Shown here: piece by piece, positions 6,979-17,431 of the stretch
Numbering within the stretch: position 1 is the first letter of the stretch
Layout: each line of letters starts with the position of its first letter
Assembly: GCA_041740515.1 (NCBI GenBank)
Contig: JBGSLV010000027.1
Span: forward strand, 6,144-70,143
Direction of reading: 5' to 3'
DNA length: 64,000 nucleotides
From: Bdellovibrionales bacterium
GTDB lineage: Bacteria > Bdellovibrionota > Bdellovibrionia > Bdellovibrionales > UBA1609
Translations under genes and position numbers: made by a program
Notes under the pieces: generated by a model
The model's database searches: none
Told to the model about the DNA's origin: nothing
What the model saw: the letters and a program-made list of their open reading frames with translations, nothing else

Positions 6979-9426
6979 GTGACATCCATGAAAAAAATAA
7001 AAATATTTTGTTGTTTAGCCACATTCCTTATCATTGATTTAAGCTGCGGTTTTAAGAATAAAACATACACCACCCTTGATCGTATAAAACATTTTGAGCA
7101 AGTTAAACTTAACACAGACCAACCTGTAGAGGTTCTTTGGTCGCCGAACTTAATTCCTAGAATTAAAGCTGAAAATTCGAAAGATCTTTTTTACACATTG
7201 GGTGCTGTGCAAGTTCACTTGCGCCGAAACCAGCTTGAAATGTACCGCAAGCTTTCCCAGGGCAACTTGTCTGAAATGGCAGGTCCCACAACTTTAAAAA
7301 TTGATAAATTTTTAAAGTCGATAGATTTTCAGCATGCTGCCGAAATCAGTCTTAAAATGATGTCAGCGTCCTCTGTTCAAACCTTACAGTGGATGTCTGA
7401 AGGCATGAATGATTATATTAAACAGTCGAAGTATAAATCTAAAGACTTAAGTATCATGAACATTAAAAATAAGCCTTGGACACCTTTAGATTTAGTTCGA
7501 GTTTTTAAATTCACTTCCGTCGATGTCAATTGGATGGTTGTGGCCCAGCTCTTAGAATTTAAAAGCACAAAGTTTTTAGATAAGGTATGGGACTTTAAAA
7601 TTAATGAGCAAGATTTTTTTGATGAATTTCTAAAAGAGCAAGCGCTACAAAATTCAAAACAAAATTCAAATATTGCAGATGCTTTTAATTCGCAGGCCAA
7701 AATTGCGAAAGCTTTCAAGCCTAAACATTTTAATCAATTTAAAAGTAGTAATCTTGGGGTTAATACCCCAAAAGATAAGATCACTATCAAAGACGCTTTT
7801 TTGGATATTAATAAACAAGACCATTCTTCGAAGCTTGATATTTCATTTTTGGACTACTTACAAAATATCACAAAGTCGGGCAGCAATGCTTTTGCTGTTC
7901 AGGGTACAAAAACTAAAAATCAAGCGGCGATCGTCTCCAACGATCCTCACTTAGGGCTTATGATTCCAAATATTTGGCTGTTTGTCGTTTTGGATTCACC
8001 CGAATATAAAACCATGGGATATATTATTCCTTCTTTCCCTGTGCCTGTAATTGGTCGCAATGAAAATATAGGTTGGGGTGGAACTAATCTTTGGGGCATT
8101 AGCACTTATCCTTTAACTTTGAAGGATACTGATCGCTCGAAATTAACAAGTCAGAAAGTGCCCTTGAAAATTAGATTTTGGCCTGATTCTAAATTTACAA
8201 TTTATAAGCTGGGTGAGTATCCCGTTTTTAAGACTGAAGACTTTCCCGAGATTGGGGACAAAGATATTGTGTTTCGCTGGCATGGCTTTCATCCGTCAGA
8301 CGAGCTAGAAACATTTTTAAAAGTGAATAAAGCTCAAAATTTTTCGGAATTTCATCAGGCTTTTAAATCCTATGCCGTCGCCGGAATGACTTTTGTATAC
8401 GGTGATAAAGCTGGCAATGTGGGTAAGGTTATTGCCACTACGCAACCTCAGGTTAATAAACTTAAACTTTTTTATCAGCCCAATGACTTTTCGGGTGAAG
8501 TTTTAAATTCTCTGACTTTGCCTGTTGAGTACAATCCAGACTCTGAGTTTGTAGTCAGTGCCAACGATTATACCAAAGGCTTAAAGCAACCTTTGTCTTT
8601 GTTTCAAGCGCCTCAGGATCGAAAAGATCGCATGACTTTTTTACTTAAAAACCAAAATAATTTTTCGTTAGAGGATGTTAAAACATTACATAAAGATGTA
8701 TTTTCAGCCACTGCTTTTAATTTAAAAAATGACCTTGTCAAATTCCTAAGTTCCAAGAATTGGGTTCAAAACAGTGATTTGAAGTATTTAAAAACTTTGG
8801 ATTCATGGAGCGGTAAATACGAAGTGGATTCCAAAGGAGCTTTGTTTTTTGAAATTTTTTTGGCCGCTTGGTCCGAGGATATTATCAAAAACCTTTGTTT
8901 AAAAGATATAGAATCTAATGATCTTAAAAATAAAGCTTATGACTTTCTAACTAAAAATTTTAATTACCGAAATTTTTTATCTCGATCATTAATTGAAACT
9001 GATTTTTTAACCCCTGAAAAATTTAAACTATATTTTGAACGGACAAAATTTATTTTTGAAAAGTATCAAACTTGGGGAGCTTTTCACAGGATGGATCTTC
9101 GCCATCCACTCGGTAATTTGAAGTTATTTAAATTAAATTACTCGTACTATGATCAACCTTGGGCCGGTGGCAATGAAACCTTAATGAAAGCCGCCCATAA
9201 GCTTTCAACCAAAACGGCCAAAGTGTCTTTTGGCGCCCAGGCCAGATGGATGACAGATTTAAAATCTATGGACGAAAATTATTTAATGTATTTAGGGGGG
9301 CAAGACGGTTTTATTGGATCGGCCCATATCAATGATTTAACCTCTAAATGGGTAGAAGGGGATTATTTAAGGGTTCCTTTTGATCGTGATGAGTTTAAAA
9401 AAAATTCGGCGACCATGGGCCAATGA
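6979..9426 (+). CDS. penicillin acylase family Ntn-hydrolase (possible acyl-homoserine-lactone acylase)
   Basis: About 815 aa. Lipoprotein-like leader. Processing-site motif TKSGSNAFAVQG...VSNDPHLG is typical of S45 acylases (Ser nucleophile of the beta subunit). Confidence 0.8.
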   Translation: MTSMKKIKIFCCLATFLIIDLSCGFKNKTYTTLDRIKHFEQVKLNTDQPVEVLWSPNLIPRIKAENSKDLFYTLGAVQVHLRRNQLEMYRKLSQGNLSEMAGPTTLKIDKFLKSIDFQHAAEISLKMMSASSVQTLQWMSEGMNDYIKQSKYKSKDLSIMNIKNKPWTPLDLVRVFKFTSVDVNWMVVAQLLEFKSTKFLDKVWDFKINEQDFFDEFLKEQALQNSKQNSNIADAFNSQAKIAKAFKPKHFNQFKSSNLGVNTPKDKITIKDAFLDINKQDHSSKLDISFLDYLQNITKSGSNAFAVQGTKTKNQAAIVSNDPHLGLMIPNIWLFVVLDSPEYKTMGYIIPSFPVPVIGRNENIGWGGTNLWGISTYPLTLKDTDRSKLTSQKVPLKIRFWPDSKFTIYKLGEYPVFKTEDFPEIGDKDIVFRWHGFHPSDELETFLKVNKAQNFSEFHQAFKSYAVAGMTFVYGDKAGNVGKVIATTQPQVNKLKLFYQPNDFSGEVLNSLTLPVEYNPDSEFVVSANDYTKGLKQPLSLFQAPQDRKDRMTFLLKNQNNFSLEDVKTLHKDVFSATAFNLKNDLVKFLSSKNWVQNSDLKYLKTLDSWSGKYEVDSKGALFFEIFLAAWSEDIIKNLCLKDIESNDLKNKAYDFLTKNFNYRNFLSRSLIETDFLTPEKFKLYFERTKFIFEKYQTWGAFHRMDLRHPLGNLKLFKLNYSYYDQPWAGGNETLMKAAHKLSTKTAKVSFGAQARWMTDLKSMDENYLMYLGGQDGFIGSAHINDLTSKWVEGDYLRVPFDRDEFKKNSATMGQ

Positions 9427-10517
9427 TCTGAAACTCCCTGCTGGCTGTGATAATTAAATTTTTTGGGCGAGCCCCATTTGTTATTCTGATACAAACTTTG
9501 ATTATATACACGAATGCTTTTGGTATCTAACTGCCATGGGCTATTAGGATTATTAAAGTTCTTAGAAAAGACCAAGGCGTCCAAAAACGACCAGCTTCTT
9601 CGGGGATGAAAGTAATTGGTCCCCCGACAGTTCTCGCAGCCCACGAGATGAGATATCATATAATCTTTGCCTAAATTTTTGAAATACTGATGATTTTTCT
9701 CTTCAAAAGATGTGATATTAAAATCACCTCCGGCCATAACTAAATTGGTTTTACCTCTTTTATCCATCAGTTTTTTTAGCTGCTCTAAGGCTTGTTGTCG
9801 GGCGGGACTAGGTGTGCCTTGCGAGGGGAATTGTACACCAAAGACCGTTATGGGCGTTTGGTCTGGCAACAAAAAAGTGGCTTCCAAAATACCTCGAGTT
9901 TGAGGAGGCTTGTTAAAATTAAATTTTCCCTTTGGACTAAATTTTAAAATATGCAGCTTCGGGTCTGACTTTAGGGGCCATTTACTGAGGATAGCCACAT
10001 CAATGCCGCGCTCATCAGGGCCTTCAAGCAAAACAGCGGGGTGTTTATAATGAGGGTTTAAAAAATGGGTGCGAAACTCTTCTAAGACTTGAAAATTTTC
10101 CACCTCTTGAAAAATAATAAGATCCGGTCCCACCTCATTATAACTATTTAGGATCACATCCGCTAGACGCTTCATTTTGGACTTTAAAACTCTAGGGCTC
10201 CAATCCAAATTTAAACACTGCGATTTCCAATCCTTTGATTTTAGACTGTGACATTTGCTGCTAATATTTGGATTACGTTTTTTTGTGCTTAAAGGCAGAA
10301 AAGTTTCGTCAGCCTTTAAGGGATCATCCTCAGTATCAAATAAATTTTCTAAATTGTATGTCATCACACTAGCTCGGGTTGACGTGCTGTTCGAAACATC
10401 AATGGATTTTTTACTGGTTTGTTTTATTGCCAAACTTGAGTTTAGATATTGCAAAAAAAGTACAAAGCTAACAAAACTTAGTATAAGAAATTTTTTAAAA
10501 CTTAAATTTGCCTGCAT
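9363..10517 (-). CDS. secreted endonuclease/exonuclease/phosphatase (EEP) family protein
   Basis: Signal peptide. N-terminal MTYNLENLFD and C-terminal GVSDHWPMVAEF are typical EEP motifs. Confidence 0.75.
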   Translation of the reverse strand: MQANLSFKKFLILSFVSFVLFLQYLNSSLAIKQTSKKSIDVSNSTSTRASVMTYNLENLFDTEDDPLKADETFLPLSTKKRNPNISSKCHSLKSKDWKSQCLNLDWSPRVLKSKMKRLADVILNSYNEVGPDLIIFQEVENFQVLEEFRTHFLNPHYKHPAVLLEGPDERGIDVAILSKWPLKSDPKLHILKFSPKGKFNFNKPPQTRGILEATFLLPDQTPITVFGVQFPSQGTPSPARQQALEQLKKLMDKRGKTNLVMAGGDFNITSFEEKNHQYFKNLGKDYMISHLVGCENCRGTNYFHPRRSWSFLDALVFSKNFNNPNSPWQLDTKSIRVYNQSLYQNNKWGSPKKFNYHSQQGVSDHWPMVAEFFLNSSRSKGTLK

Positions 10518-11153
10518 TTTCTGTGTTCCTTAAAAAAAAAATGATTATAATAATATCTCCGACTTGAAAACTTATAATATTTTATAATAAGAAGTTTTGC
10601 TTTAAGTTGTTTTTTTAAAATTTAATGAAGTAGAAATAAACTTTGCAATTTTAAAAACAAAATTATTAAAATAAAATCATAATAATCAAAGAAAGCTAAA
10701 ACCTTTAAATTCAAAATAAAATATAATTTAAAAAAATATTAATTTACGAGATGCTATAATCTTAAAGTGTTAATTTCTAAAAAAAATTAACATTCATAAA
10801 GTTGCAAGAACTAATCTTTTAAACTTTTTCTTTAATTGCAAACTTTTGTGTTAAAACATTAACATGTAAAATACCTGATGTAGCTACGTTTCCTGGATCA
10901 AAGCTGAATTCATCGGACACCGGGAGAGGTTGGAGTTTTGTAATAAGGTCCCTGATTTTAAGCAAATTTTAGAAAAATTAAAAATTAGAAATCCACTTAT
11001 TTAACCAAGTGAAGTCAGTTTGCTTAATTTTTGTTAAGCTTTGGTTAAATCTTGCACTTGGTCGAAGATTTTTTTAAGTTTTTTCTGGTCCTTTATAAAT
11101 GGCAGGTAGTATCGTTTGTACTCGTTATCTTTCATGAAGGGGAATGAATTCTG

Positions 11154-12605
11154 ATGTTCAAATGTTCACTCAATGCGAATAGTTTTGTTGTTTTTGTGGC
11201 AGCCGGTTTGCTGCACTTACCATTAGCCTTTGCCCAACAAGCCCCTGCAGTGAGTACGGTTTTAGATCAGTCACCCATTCAAACTAAAGAAAAATTTGTG
11301 ATCGAACTTTTTAACTATGAAGAGTACGGCTACAGCCAATCCAAAAAAACCGAGATTGGAGATCAGCTTAAATTGACGTCTCGATTTAGATATCAATTTA
11401 ATGAAAATGGTTGGGTGTCCGCTGGGTTCTCAACACGACCCGAGCAAAATCGCTTTAATAACAAAACCTCACAATTTGAAATACGTTCAGGATATAATTA
11501 CGACGCTTTTACCGCACAGATTGATTTACAATTGGATACGAATGACAACGATGGCGGAATCACTTTTGGACCGGATTTAGACTCAGAAAATACTTTTTTA
11601 CTATATAAAATCAGTCAAAAATTGCAAATCCTCTTTTTCCCTTTTAACTTTAATGGTGAAGTTGGTGTTGAGTTTAATACCAATGATGTAACTAGAATTT
11701 ATTTTATTGATGGTGCCCCTTCGGTGATCAATGATGTCGCTACAGAAAATGATCGCTTGGCTATGAAAACCATTCCAGGTTTCGAAATTAGGTATAACGA
11801 TTTTAATGAGGACCAAAAGGGACGATCGTTTTATGTGGGTTTAGGTTCCGCTTCCTACTTATTTCCTAACGATCCTGGATTTGATATCACTACTGCTGCT
11901 GCCGCAACCAGCTGGTCCAGACAAGAGGACATAGGTTATAAATTTGGCGCGCTATTAACAGCCAAAAATACTTTCACAAGTTTACAGTATGTGGGACACA
12001 CCGAAGATGCGCAGACGGGATCTTTATTAAAGTCTGCAGCTTCATTTTATAGTTTAAATCGATTCGGTCGAATTATGTTCGAGTTTGAAGGTACGGCCAC
12101 TGAAGGCGGCTCAAAGCCCTATAGACTTAACCGAGGTTTTGATTGGTTTGAAACCGAAGGTCCTGCAGGTCCCGGTCCTGACCAAAGAGTTTTTGCGGAT
12201 ACAACAGGAAATCCTCACGACTGGATCGGCCAGTGGGGGTATGCAACATCTCTGAAGCTAGGCTTGGTTCAAAGAGATTATACGCCGTATGTGTCTTATA
12301 AATATCAAGATGAAAATTTTATTTTTCGTGATCGCGAATCCGCACACACCCTAAGAACTAACGACGAATCAGAGTCTCATGGGGGTTTACATAGAATCGG
12401 GTTCGGAGCCTATTTCTATAAAGATAATTTTATCATCAATCCAAGATTTGAATATTTAATTGCAGCCAATGATGTGTTCTCTGATCGAAATTCCATAACT
12501 GAAGAACTGATTGTCAGCGGTTTTAAAAGCCAAGATTTTTTTGTGTTCATAAACGTAGCGTACTTTTATGATAAGCGTACAGGACCTAGAACATTTAGAC
12601 TTTAA
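11154..12605 (+). CDS. putative outer-membrane beta-barrel protein
   Basis: Signal peptide ...LPLAFAQQ. Alternating aromatic/polar pattern. Ends ...GPRTFRL. First gene of a three-gene same-strand cluster. Confidence 0.45.
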   Translation: MFKCSLNANSFVVFVAAGLLHLPLAFAQQAPAVSTVLDQSPIQTKEKFVIELFNYEEYGYSQSKKTEIGDQLKLTSRFRYQFNENGWVSAGFSTRPEQNRFNNKTSQFEIRSGYNYDAFTAQIDLQLDTNDNDGGITFGPDLDSENTFLLYKISQKLQILFFPFNFNGEVGVEFNTNDVTRIYFIDGAPSVINDVATENDRLAMKTIPGFEIRYNDFNEDQKGRSFYVGLGSASYLFPNDPGFDITTAAAATSWSRQEDIGYKFGALLTAKNTFTSLQYVGHTEDAQTGSLLKSAASFYSLNRFGRIMFEFEGTATEGGSKPYRLNRGFDWFETEGPAGPGPDQRVFADTTGNPHDWIGQWGYATSLKLGLVQRDYTPYVSYKYQDENFIFRDRESAHTLRTNDESESHGGLHRIGFGAYFYKDNFIINPRFEYLIAANDVFSDRNSITEELIVSGFKSQDFFVFINVAYFYDKRTGPRTFRL

Positions 12606-12672
12606 TATACCATAGAACTGGAGTTGGTTTTAATCACTCCTTGTTAGCATGCCATGCGGGGGGAATTACTAA

Positions 12673-14769
12673 ATGGTTAAGAGAGATTTAAATATAAAAT
12701 CCATGTTTTGCCTAAAACCTATCAGATTAATATTTCTTTCACTTTTTATTTTAATTTCAGGTCTAGGGTGTGACTCTGACTCTTCTAATGATCAAGTGCA
12801 GGTTTTTTCATTCGACAACACTGAATACGCTGTGCTTATGGATGATCTACTGGTTTTGCAGCAAGCCATTGGATTAAAGCAAGTCTTAAAAGCGGCTCCT
12901 GAGCGTACTTTGGGAATGATCAATGCAGCCATCTTTCAGGCCAGATCAGGGCTTTTACTTTTGGCCAAAACGGGCGAAAGAACTTTGGAAGAAAAACAAA
13001 AAGTATATACGGCTTTTGGTAATGCCATTCGTCAGTACGAGGCCTTTCGTGTTTTAGAAATTGAACAAGAGCGTTTTGACCGCGTTTTTAATCAAGTGCG
13101 ATATTTGAAATCTGAACTGAGCCAAGAGCTTGGCATAGATGAAGCCAAAGCCTCTTGGACTATCTTTAATCATAACTTTAGCACTTCTGGGTTAGAGCCT
13201 ACTTTCACCACTATGGGCTTTTCCAAAACGGGACGTCCCAATGATGAAGCCAGATGGTTCACTAACTTTCAAACGGATTTACCTAAAGCTCGAGCTCAAG
13301 GACGTGATGGGTCTTATGGTTGGATGATTTCAAGACCTTTTGATTTAAGCCAAGTTGAAAACCCAAGTTTTAGATACTTTGGCTCTTATTTAGTTGTGGC
13401 TCCGAATAATGTATTACCTTTGTCGCAAGTCATAAGAGAAGTTTTTAAAACCTATATTCTTTTAGATTATCAACCCGGCGACAATCCAGAGACTTACCCC
13501 GCTGATCGAAAAATTTTAGTCACTTACAATTTAGATGATCTTCCCTTAGGCCGAGACTTTGATGATGCTTGGACGCCCTATGTAAGTCTTTCACCCTATC
13601 GTGACAGAACCCTTGCAGTGGGATTTCTGTTTGATACTCGGGGCATAAACTTCACTCAGTATTACTCATGGACTATTTTTGATTTTGAAATCAACGGGTC
13701 CGGTAAAATCAAAGAAGATCCTGTTAAATACAAAGAAGAGTTTCAAGGTTCAAACTTAGGTTTATATAAAAGTTATTCTTTAGAATTTCCAGGTGAAAAT
13801 TGGAAGGCTTTAGATCACAAAGCTACTATTAATGTTAAAGCCGATGACACGAATACCAAAGATTTTGTCGACTCTTTTTTACTTTCCCCAAAGCTTGATG
13901 TACCCAAAGATTTGGTAAACCCAGAACTTAAAATTGAAGAGTCCTTTTTAAAACAAAATTATAATCCAGATAATTTAAAAAATTTTGAAATCATGATTTC
14001 AAAAAACTTTTTAGGTGGAACTTCTCCTGTAAATGCTGAATGGCAATTATTAAAACGATCCGATTTAAACCTGACAGAATCGGCTTCGAGCTTTAACTTA
14101 ACCCATGTATTTGATTTATCAGAGTACCAAGGACAAGAAATAGTTGTTGCCTTTAGGTTTAACTCAAAAGATCGAAAAGCCGAAGCCCACACAATTGATT
14201 GGAGCATTGAAAGTGTTCAAATTTTGGGTCAACAAGCAACGGTCACAGTGATAGATTATATTTTACCAGAAGTGACAGATTACCGATTGGCATTTTTTGA
14301 CTTTCTGAAAGCCTCGGTCAAAGATTTCAAAATAGAAATGGGGGATAATGCCCCTGCATGGAATAAAAAAGCCGGTGGGTTTGTGATCAGTGGCTTTAAT
14401 GGTGTTGGTAGTCCTTCGTCCTTGGGTCCTACAAGATTGGTGTTTCCAACTTTAGATTTGACAGGAAAGTCAGATGTTCGCCTACGTTTAAATCAAAAGG
14501 TTTTCTTTTTTCGAAATAACACTCAGTCCTCTGAAGTTATTAAAATACAAATACGTAAAATAGGGGATGTGGATTGGACTACTCTGGAAGTGCCAGCTGG
14601 TACTTTCAGAGATGAAATGCCTAGGGAAACTGAGCTCAGTTCATGGATAAAAATTCCAGATTTATTTTTAGGTACCGAAGTCGAGTTATCTTTGTTTTAC
14701 CAAGCAAGAAGTGGCAACGGGGGAACCGTTGAATGGACTTTTGGATCTTTAGAGGTCGGGAGTAAATAA
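12673..14769 (+). CDS. hypothetical lipoprotein
   Basis: Lipobox LISGLGC. 698 aa. Its stop overlaps the next start (TAATG at 14767..14771). Confidence 0.45.
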   Translation: MVKRDLNIKSMFCLKPIRLIFLSLFILISGLGCDSDSSNDQVQVFSFDNTEYAVLMDDLLVLQQAIGLKQVLKAAPERTLGMINAAIFQARSGLLLLAKTGERTLEEKQKVYTAFGNAIRQYEAFRVLEIEQERFDRVFNQVRYLKSELSQELGIDEAKASWTIFNHNFSTSGLEPTFTTMGFSKTGRPNDEARWFTNFQTDLPKARAQGRDGSYGWMISRPFDLSQVENPSFRYFGSYLVVAPNNVLPLSQVIREVFKTYILLDYQPGDNPETYPADRKILVTYNLDDLPLGRDFDDAWTPYVSLSPYRDRTLAVGFLFDTRGINFTQYYSWTIFDFEINGSGKIKEDPVKYKEEFQGSNLGLYKSYSLEFPGENWKALDHKATINVKADDTNTKDFVDSFLLSPKLDVPKDLVNPELKIEESFLKQNYNPDNLKNFEIMISKNFLGGTSPVNAEWQLLKRSDLNLTESASSFNLTHVFDLSEYQGQEIVVAFRFNSKDRKAEAHTIDWSIESVQILGQQATVTVIDYILPEVTDYRLAFFDFLKASVKDFKIEMGDNAPAWNKKAGGFVISGFNGVGSPSSLGPTRLVFPTLDLTGKSDVRLRLNQKVFFFRNNTQSSEVIKIQIRKIGDVDWTTLEVPAGTFRDEMPRETELSSWIKIPDLFLGTEVELSLFYQARSGNGGTVEWTFGSLEVGSK

Positions 14770-17411
14770 TGCGTAAGCTTTTACTCTTCACTTTCTTTTT
14801 GAAAAACATTAATTCTCTTGTCGTTCGTAGCAAGGCTAAGTTTTCTTTTAAATTTATAATTTTAAGCTTAACCCTTCCCTATATTTTACAGTGCTCTGAA
14901 GATTCTGGGTCCGCTAGTCGTTTGCAAAATCCAGTGGTGTTGTCCACGGACAACCGATTTGTGACTTCCACTCAAGTGGGAAATTTTGTAACTACGGCTA
15001 TACGTCGTGCTCATAATCTGGATTTTGTATTTTTACCATCGACATATTTTTCGAAAGACACTTTACTTAATATTAAACCCGATATGTCTGATTTCGAGAT
15101 CGAGCAGATATTACTAGAATTCCCTCGTGGACCAAGTGATCAACTTTTGGTGGGTACAATGCGGGGAGATAAAATCAAAGAGTTCGTTTTAGAGCGAGCC
15201 CGTGAGACCTATGATGCAGAACTTGAAGTGGACGGTTTGCATTACAGTATTGCTTTTCAAGGCGGATTTGTAACCGTGCAAAATTTTGCTATTGATGGGC
15301 GCTTTCAACTTCAAGACGATGAGTTCTATCGAGTCGCCGTCAGTGATGATTTTTATTTTGGCACTGCTTTTCCAGGCTATAAGTATCGTAATAATTTTAA
15401 TTTTAATTTTCGTCGGGAGCGATATCCCTTATCGGTCAGACAAAGTATTAAAGCTTATTTAAATTCTGGTTTTACTTTTCCATACTGGGGGCAAAAACGA
15501 GCCTCTGTGTTTAAAGCCCCTGCGCCTGATATTGGTTTTCAAACTATTCCAAAGATTCAAGGGACTTCACACACTTCCCCAGTTTATGGCAAAACCGTTA
15601 CAACCCAAGGGGTTGTAATCGCCTTTGGCTCCGCAGACTGGTACCCCTTTGGCCAAGATGTTTACATTCAGACTAAACAGTCCGACAATGACGATCGAAC
15701 GTCGGAAGGTCTTCATGTGTATTTAACTTCAAACAATGCTAACTTTGATCTAGGTGACGAAATCGAAGTCACTGGTGTCGTCTATGAAGACGTTCGACGA
15801 AATGGAATGGGTCAGACCAGTCTTAGAGATGTAACTCATTACAAAATTATTTCGGATCCATTTTTACCTCGCGAAGAAAAACTTAAAAATTTACCGGCAC
15901 CTGTAATTTTAGGGGAGGCGGGACGTAAGGTACCCACCGAGCGTATCTCAACTTATGGTGGCAATTTAATGCGAAAAGCTGCTTTGAATTTAGAAGATGG
16001 TATTGATTTTTGGGAAAGCTTAGAAGGTATGCGTGTCGAGCTTGTGAATCCAAAAATTTTAGGCTTTCGTGGTGGCAAAGAAGATCTTATTGAAATCAGT
16101 GATAGGTTTTATTTAAATCTTTATGTTGTCAGTGAAAATTCGTACTCTAAAAAAAATTCCACCTACCGAAATGGTTTAATGATTGATTTCTTTGCCAATG
16201 ACTTTAATCCTGAAATCACAGTAATCACGACAAACCACTTATCAAACAATGAAGGTTTGGTGCCAAAAGATAAAACTGCGCCCGAATTTATCTTTAATGT
16301 AGGTGATGTTATCGAAGGCCGCGTTCAGGGTGTGATGACCTATCAAAAAAATGTTTTTGGTGGTGGTGAATACGCCATTGTTTTACCTCAAGCTCAAGAG
16401 GCTTTTGTCAAACGACCTCATCGTCGAGAATTTATTCCACTACTTGAGCGTGGGGTTACAAGTTTTACTGATGATAAAGCTGATGAAGTTACTGTGGCCA
16501 CTTTTAATTTAGAAAACTTAGCCGGTCATCAACTGGATCGAATCAAAGTTTTCTCTGAAGCACTTGCTTATAATTTAAATTGTCCTGACGTTATTAATTT
16601 AGTTGAAATACAAGATAATAACGGAATATCTTTTCGAGAAGATCAAGATGCCACGGAAACTTTAAAAAAATTTCGAGGCATGCTGCAGTCCATGTGTCTT
16701 CACCGAGATTATCAATTCGTTAACATTGATCCCTTCCTAAATGATGAAGGTGGTCAACCGGGTGGAAATATTAGAACTTCACTGATGTACAATGCTAAAA
16801 AACTTGGGTACGAGTTTAGAAGTGATGGGTCCATCGGAACTCAAGCTACAGTTCAAAAAAATGGTATTTTAAGTAGTAACCCAGGACGAATTTTTCCTAA
16901 TCATCAAGCCTTTCGAAACAGTCGAAGAAGTGTAGTCACGGAGCTTATTCTATTAAGTAAACCCAGTGAAAAGCTTTACATCATCGGCAACCATTTAAAT
17001 TCAAAATTAGGCGACATTGATTTTTGGGGTGTCAATCAACCAGCACGAGCTCGTTCAGATTTTAGACGAGCTGAAATGGCCGCAAAAATCAGTGATTTCA
17101 TCAGGTGGTTAGAGCAAGAAAATCCCAAAGCTCATATTGTCGTCTTAGGGGACTTTAATGCTTTGCCCGAAGAGGGTTCGCTGGCGTTACTGTCTAGCCA
17201 AGAGCGAAGACTTAAAAATATGATTTTTACGCTTCCAGAGGATCAGCGCTATACCACAAACTTTAATGGTAACAGTCAGCCGTTAGACTATATCTTTGTT
17301 AACAATGCCATTTTTGATAAGTGTGCTCAGCTTGAAATCCTGCATATCAATTCAGACTTTATGGGAAGACTGTCTGACCATGATCCCGTACTACTTAAAG
17401 CTTGTTTATAA
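14769..17411 (+). CDS. ExeM/NucH-family extracellular endonuclease (EEP catalytic domain)
   Basis: IQGTSHTSPVYGKTVTTQGVV is the signature of the ExeM/NucH N-region. The C-terminal EEP domain shows VATFNLENL ... LSDHDPVLLKACL. Confidence 0.75.
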   Translation: MRKLLLFTFFLKNINSLVVRSKAKFSFKFIILSLTLPYILQCSEDSGSASRLQNPVVLSTDNRFVTSTQVGNFVTTAIRRAHNLDFVFLPSTYFSKDTLLNIKPDMSDFEIEQILLEFPRGPSDQLLVGTMRGDKIKEFVLERARETYDAELEVDGLHYSIAFQGGFVTVQNFAIDGRFQLQDDEFYRVAVSDDFYFGTAFPGYKYRNNFNFNFRRERYPLSVRQSIKAYLNSGFTFPYWGQKRASVFKAPAPDIGFQTIPKIQGTSHTSPVYGKTVTTQGVVIAFGSADWYPFGQDVYIQTKQSDNDDRTSEGLHVYLTSNNANFDLGDEIEVTGVVYEDVRRNGMGQTSLRDVTHYKIISDPFLPREEKLKNLPAPVILGEAGRKVPTERISTYGGNLMRKAALNLEDGIDFWESLEGMRVELVNPKILGFRGGKEDLIEISDRFYLNLYVVSENSYSKKNSTYRNGLMIDFFANDFNPEITVITTNHLSNNEGLVPKDKTAPEFIFNVGDVIEGRVQGVMTYQKNVFGGGEYAIVLPQAQEAFVKRPHRREFIPLLERGVTSFTDDKADEVTVATFNLENLAGHQLDRIKVFSEALAYNLNCPDVINLVEIQDNNGISFREDQDATETLKKFRGMLQSMCLHRDYQFVNIDPFLNDEGGQPGGNIRTSLMYNAKKLGYEFRSDGSIGTQATVQKNGILSSNPGRIFPNHQAFRNSRRSVVTELILLSKPSEKLYIIGNHLNSKLGDIDFWGVNQPARARSDFRRAEMAAKISDFIRWLEQENPKAHIVVLGDFNALPEEGSLALLSSQERRLKNMIFTLPEDQRYTTNFNGNSQPLDYIFVNNAIFDKCAQLEILHINSDFMGRLSDHDPVLLKACL

Positions 17412-17431
17412 ATTCTTTAATTTACCTTATT

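Noticed and set aside
7413-7954. ORFs 7413..7718 (-) and 7673..7954 (+) inside the acylase gene
   Set aside because: They are embedded in or out of frame with the 815-aa acylase ORF, and their translations are low-complexity Lys/Leu/Ser-rich.
10880-10960. Possible riboswitch (c-di-GMP or other) in the GC-richer patch upstream of the OMP operon
   Set aside because: I could not align it by eye to any riboswitch consensus I know. It is kept only as part of the low-interest long-spacer note.
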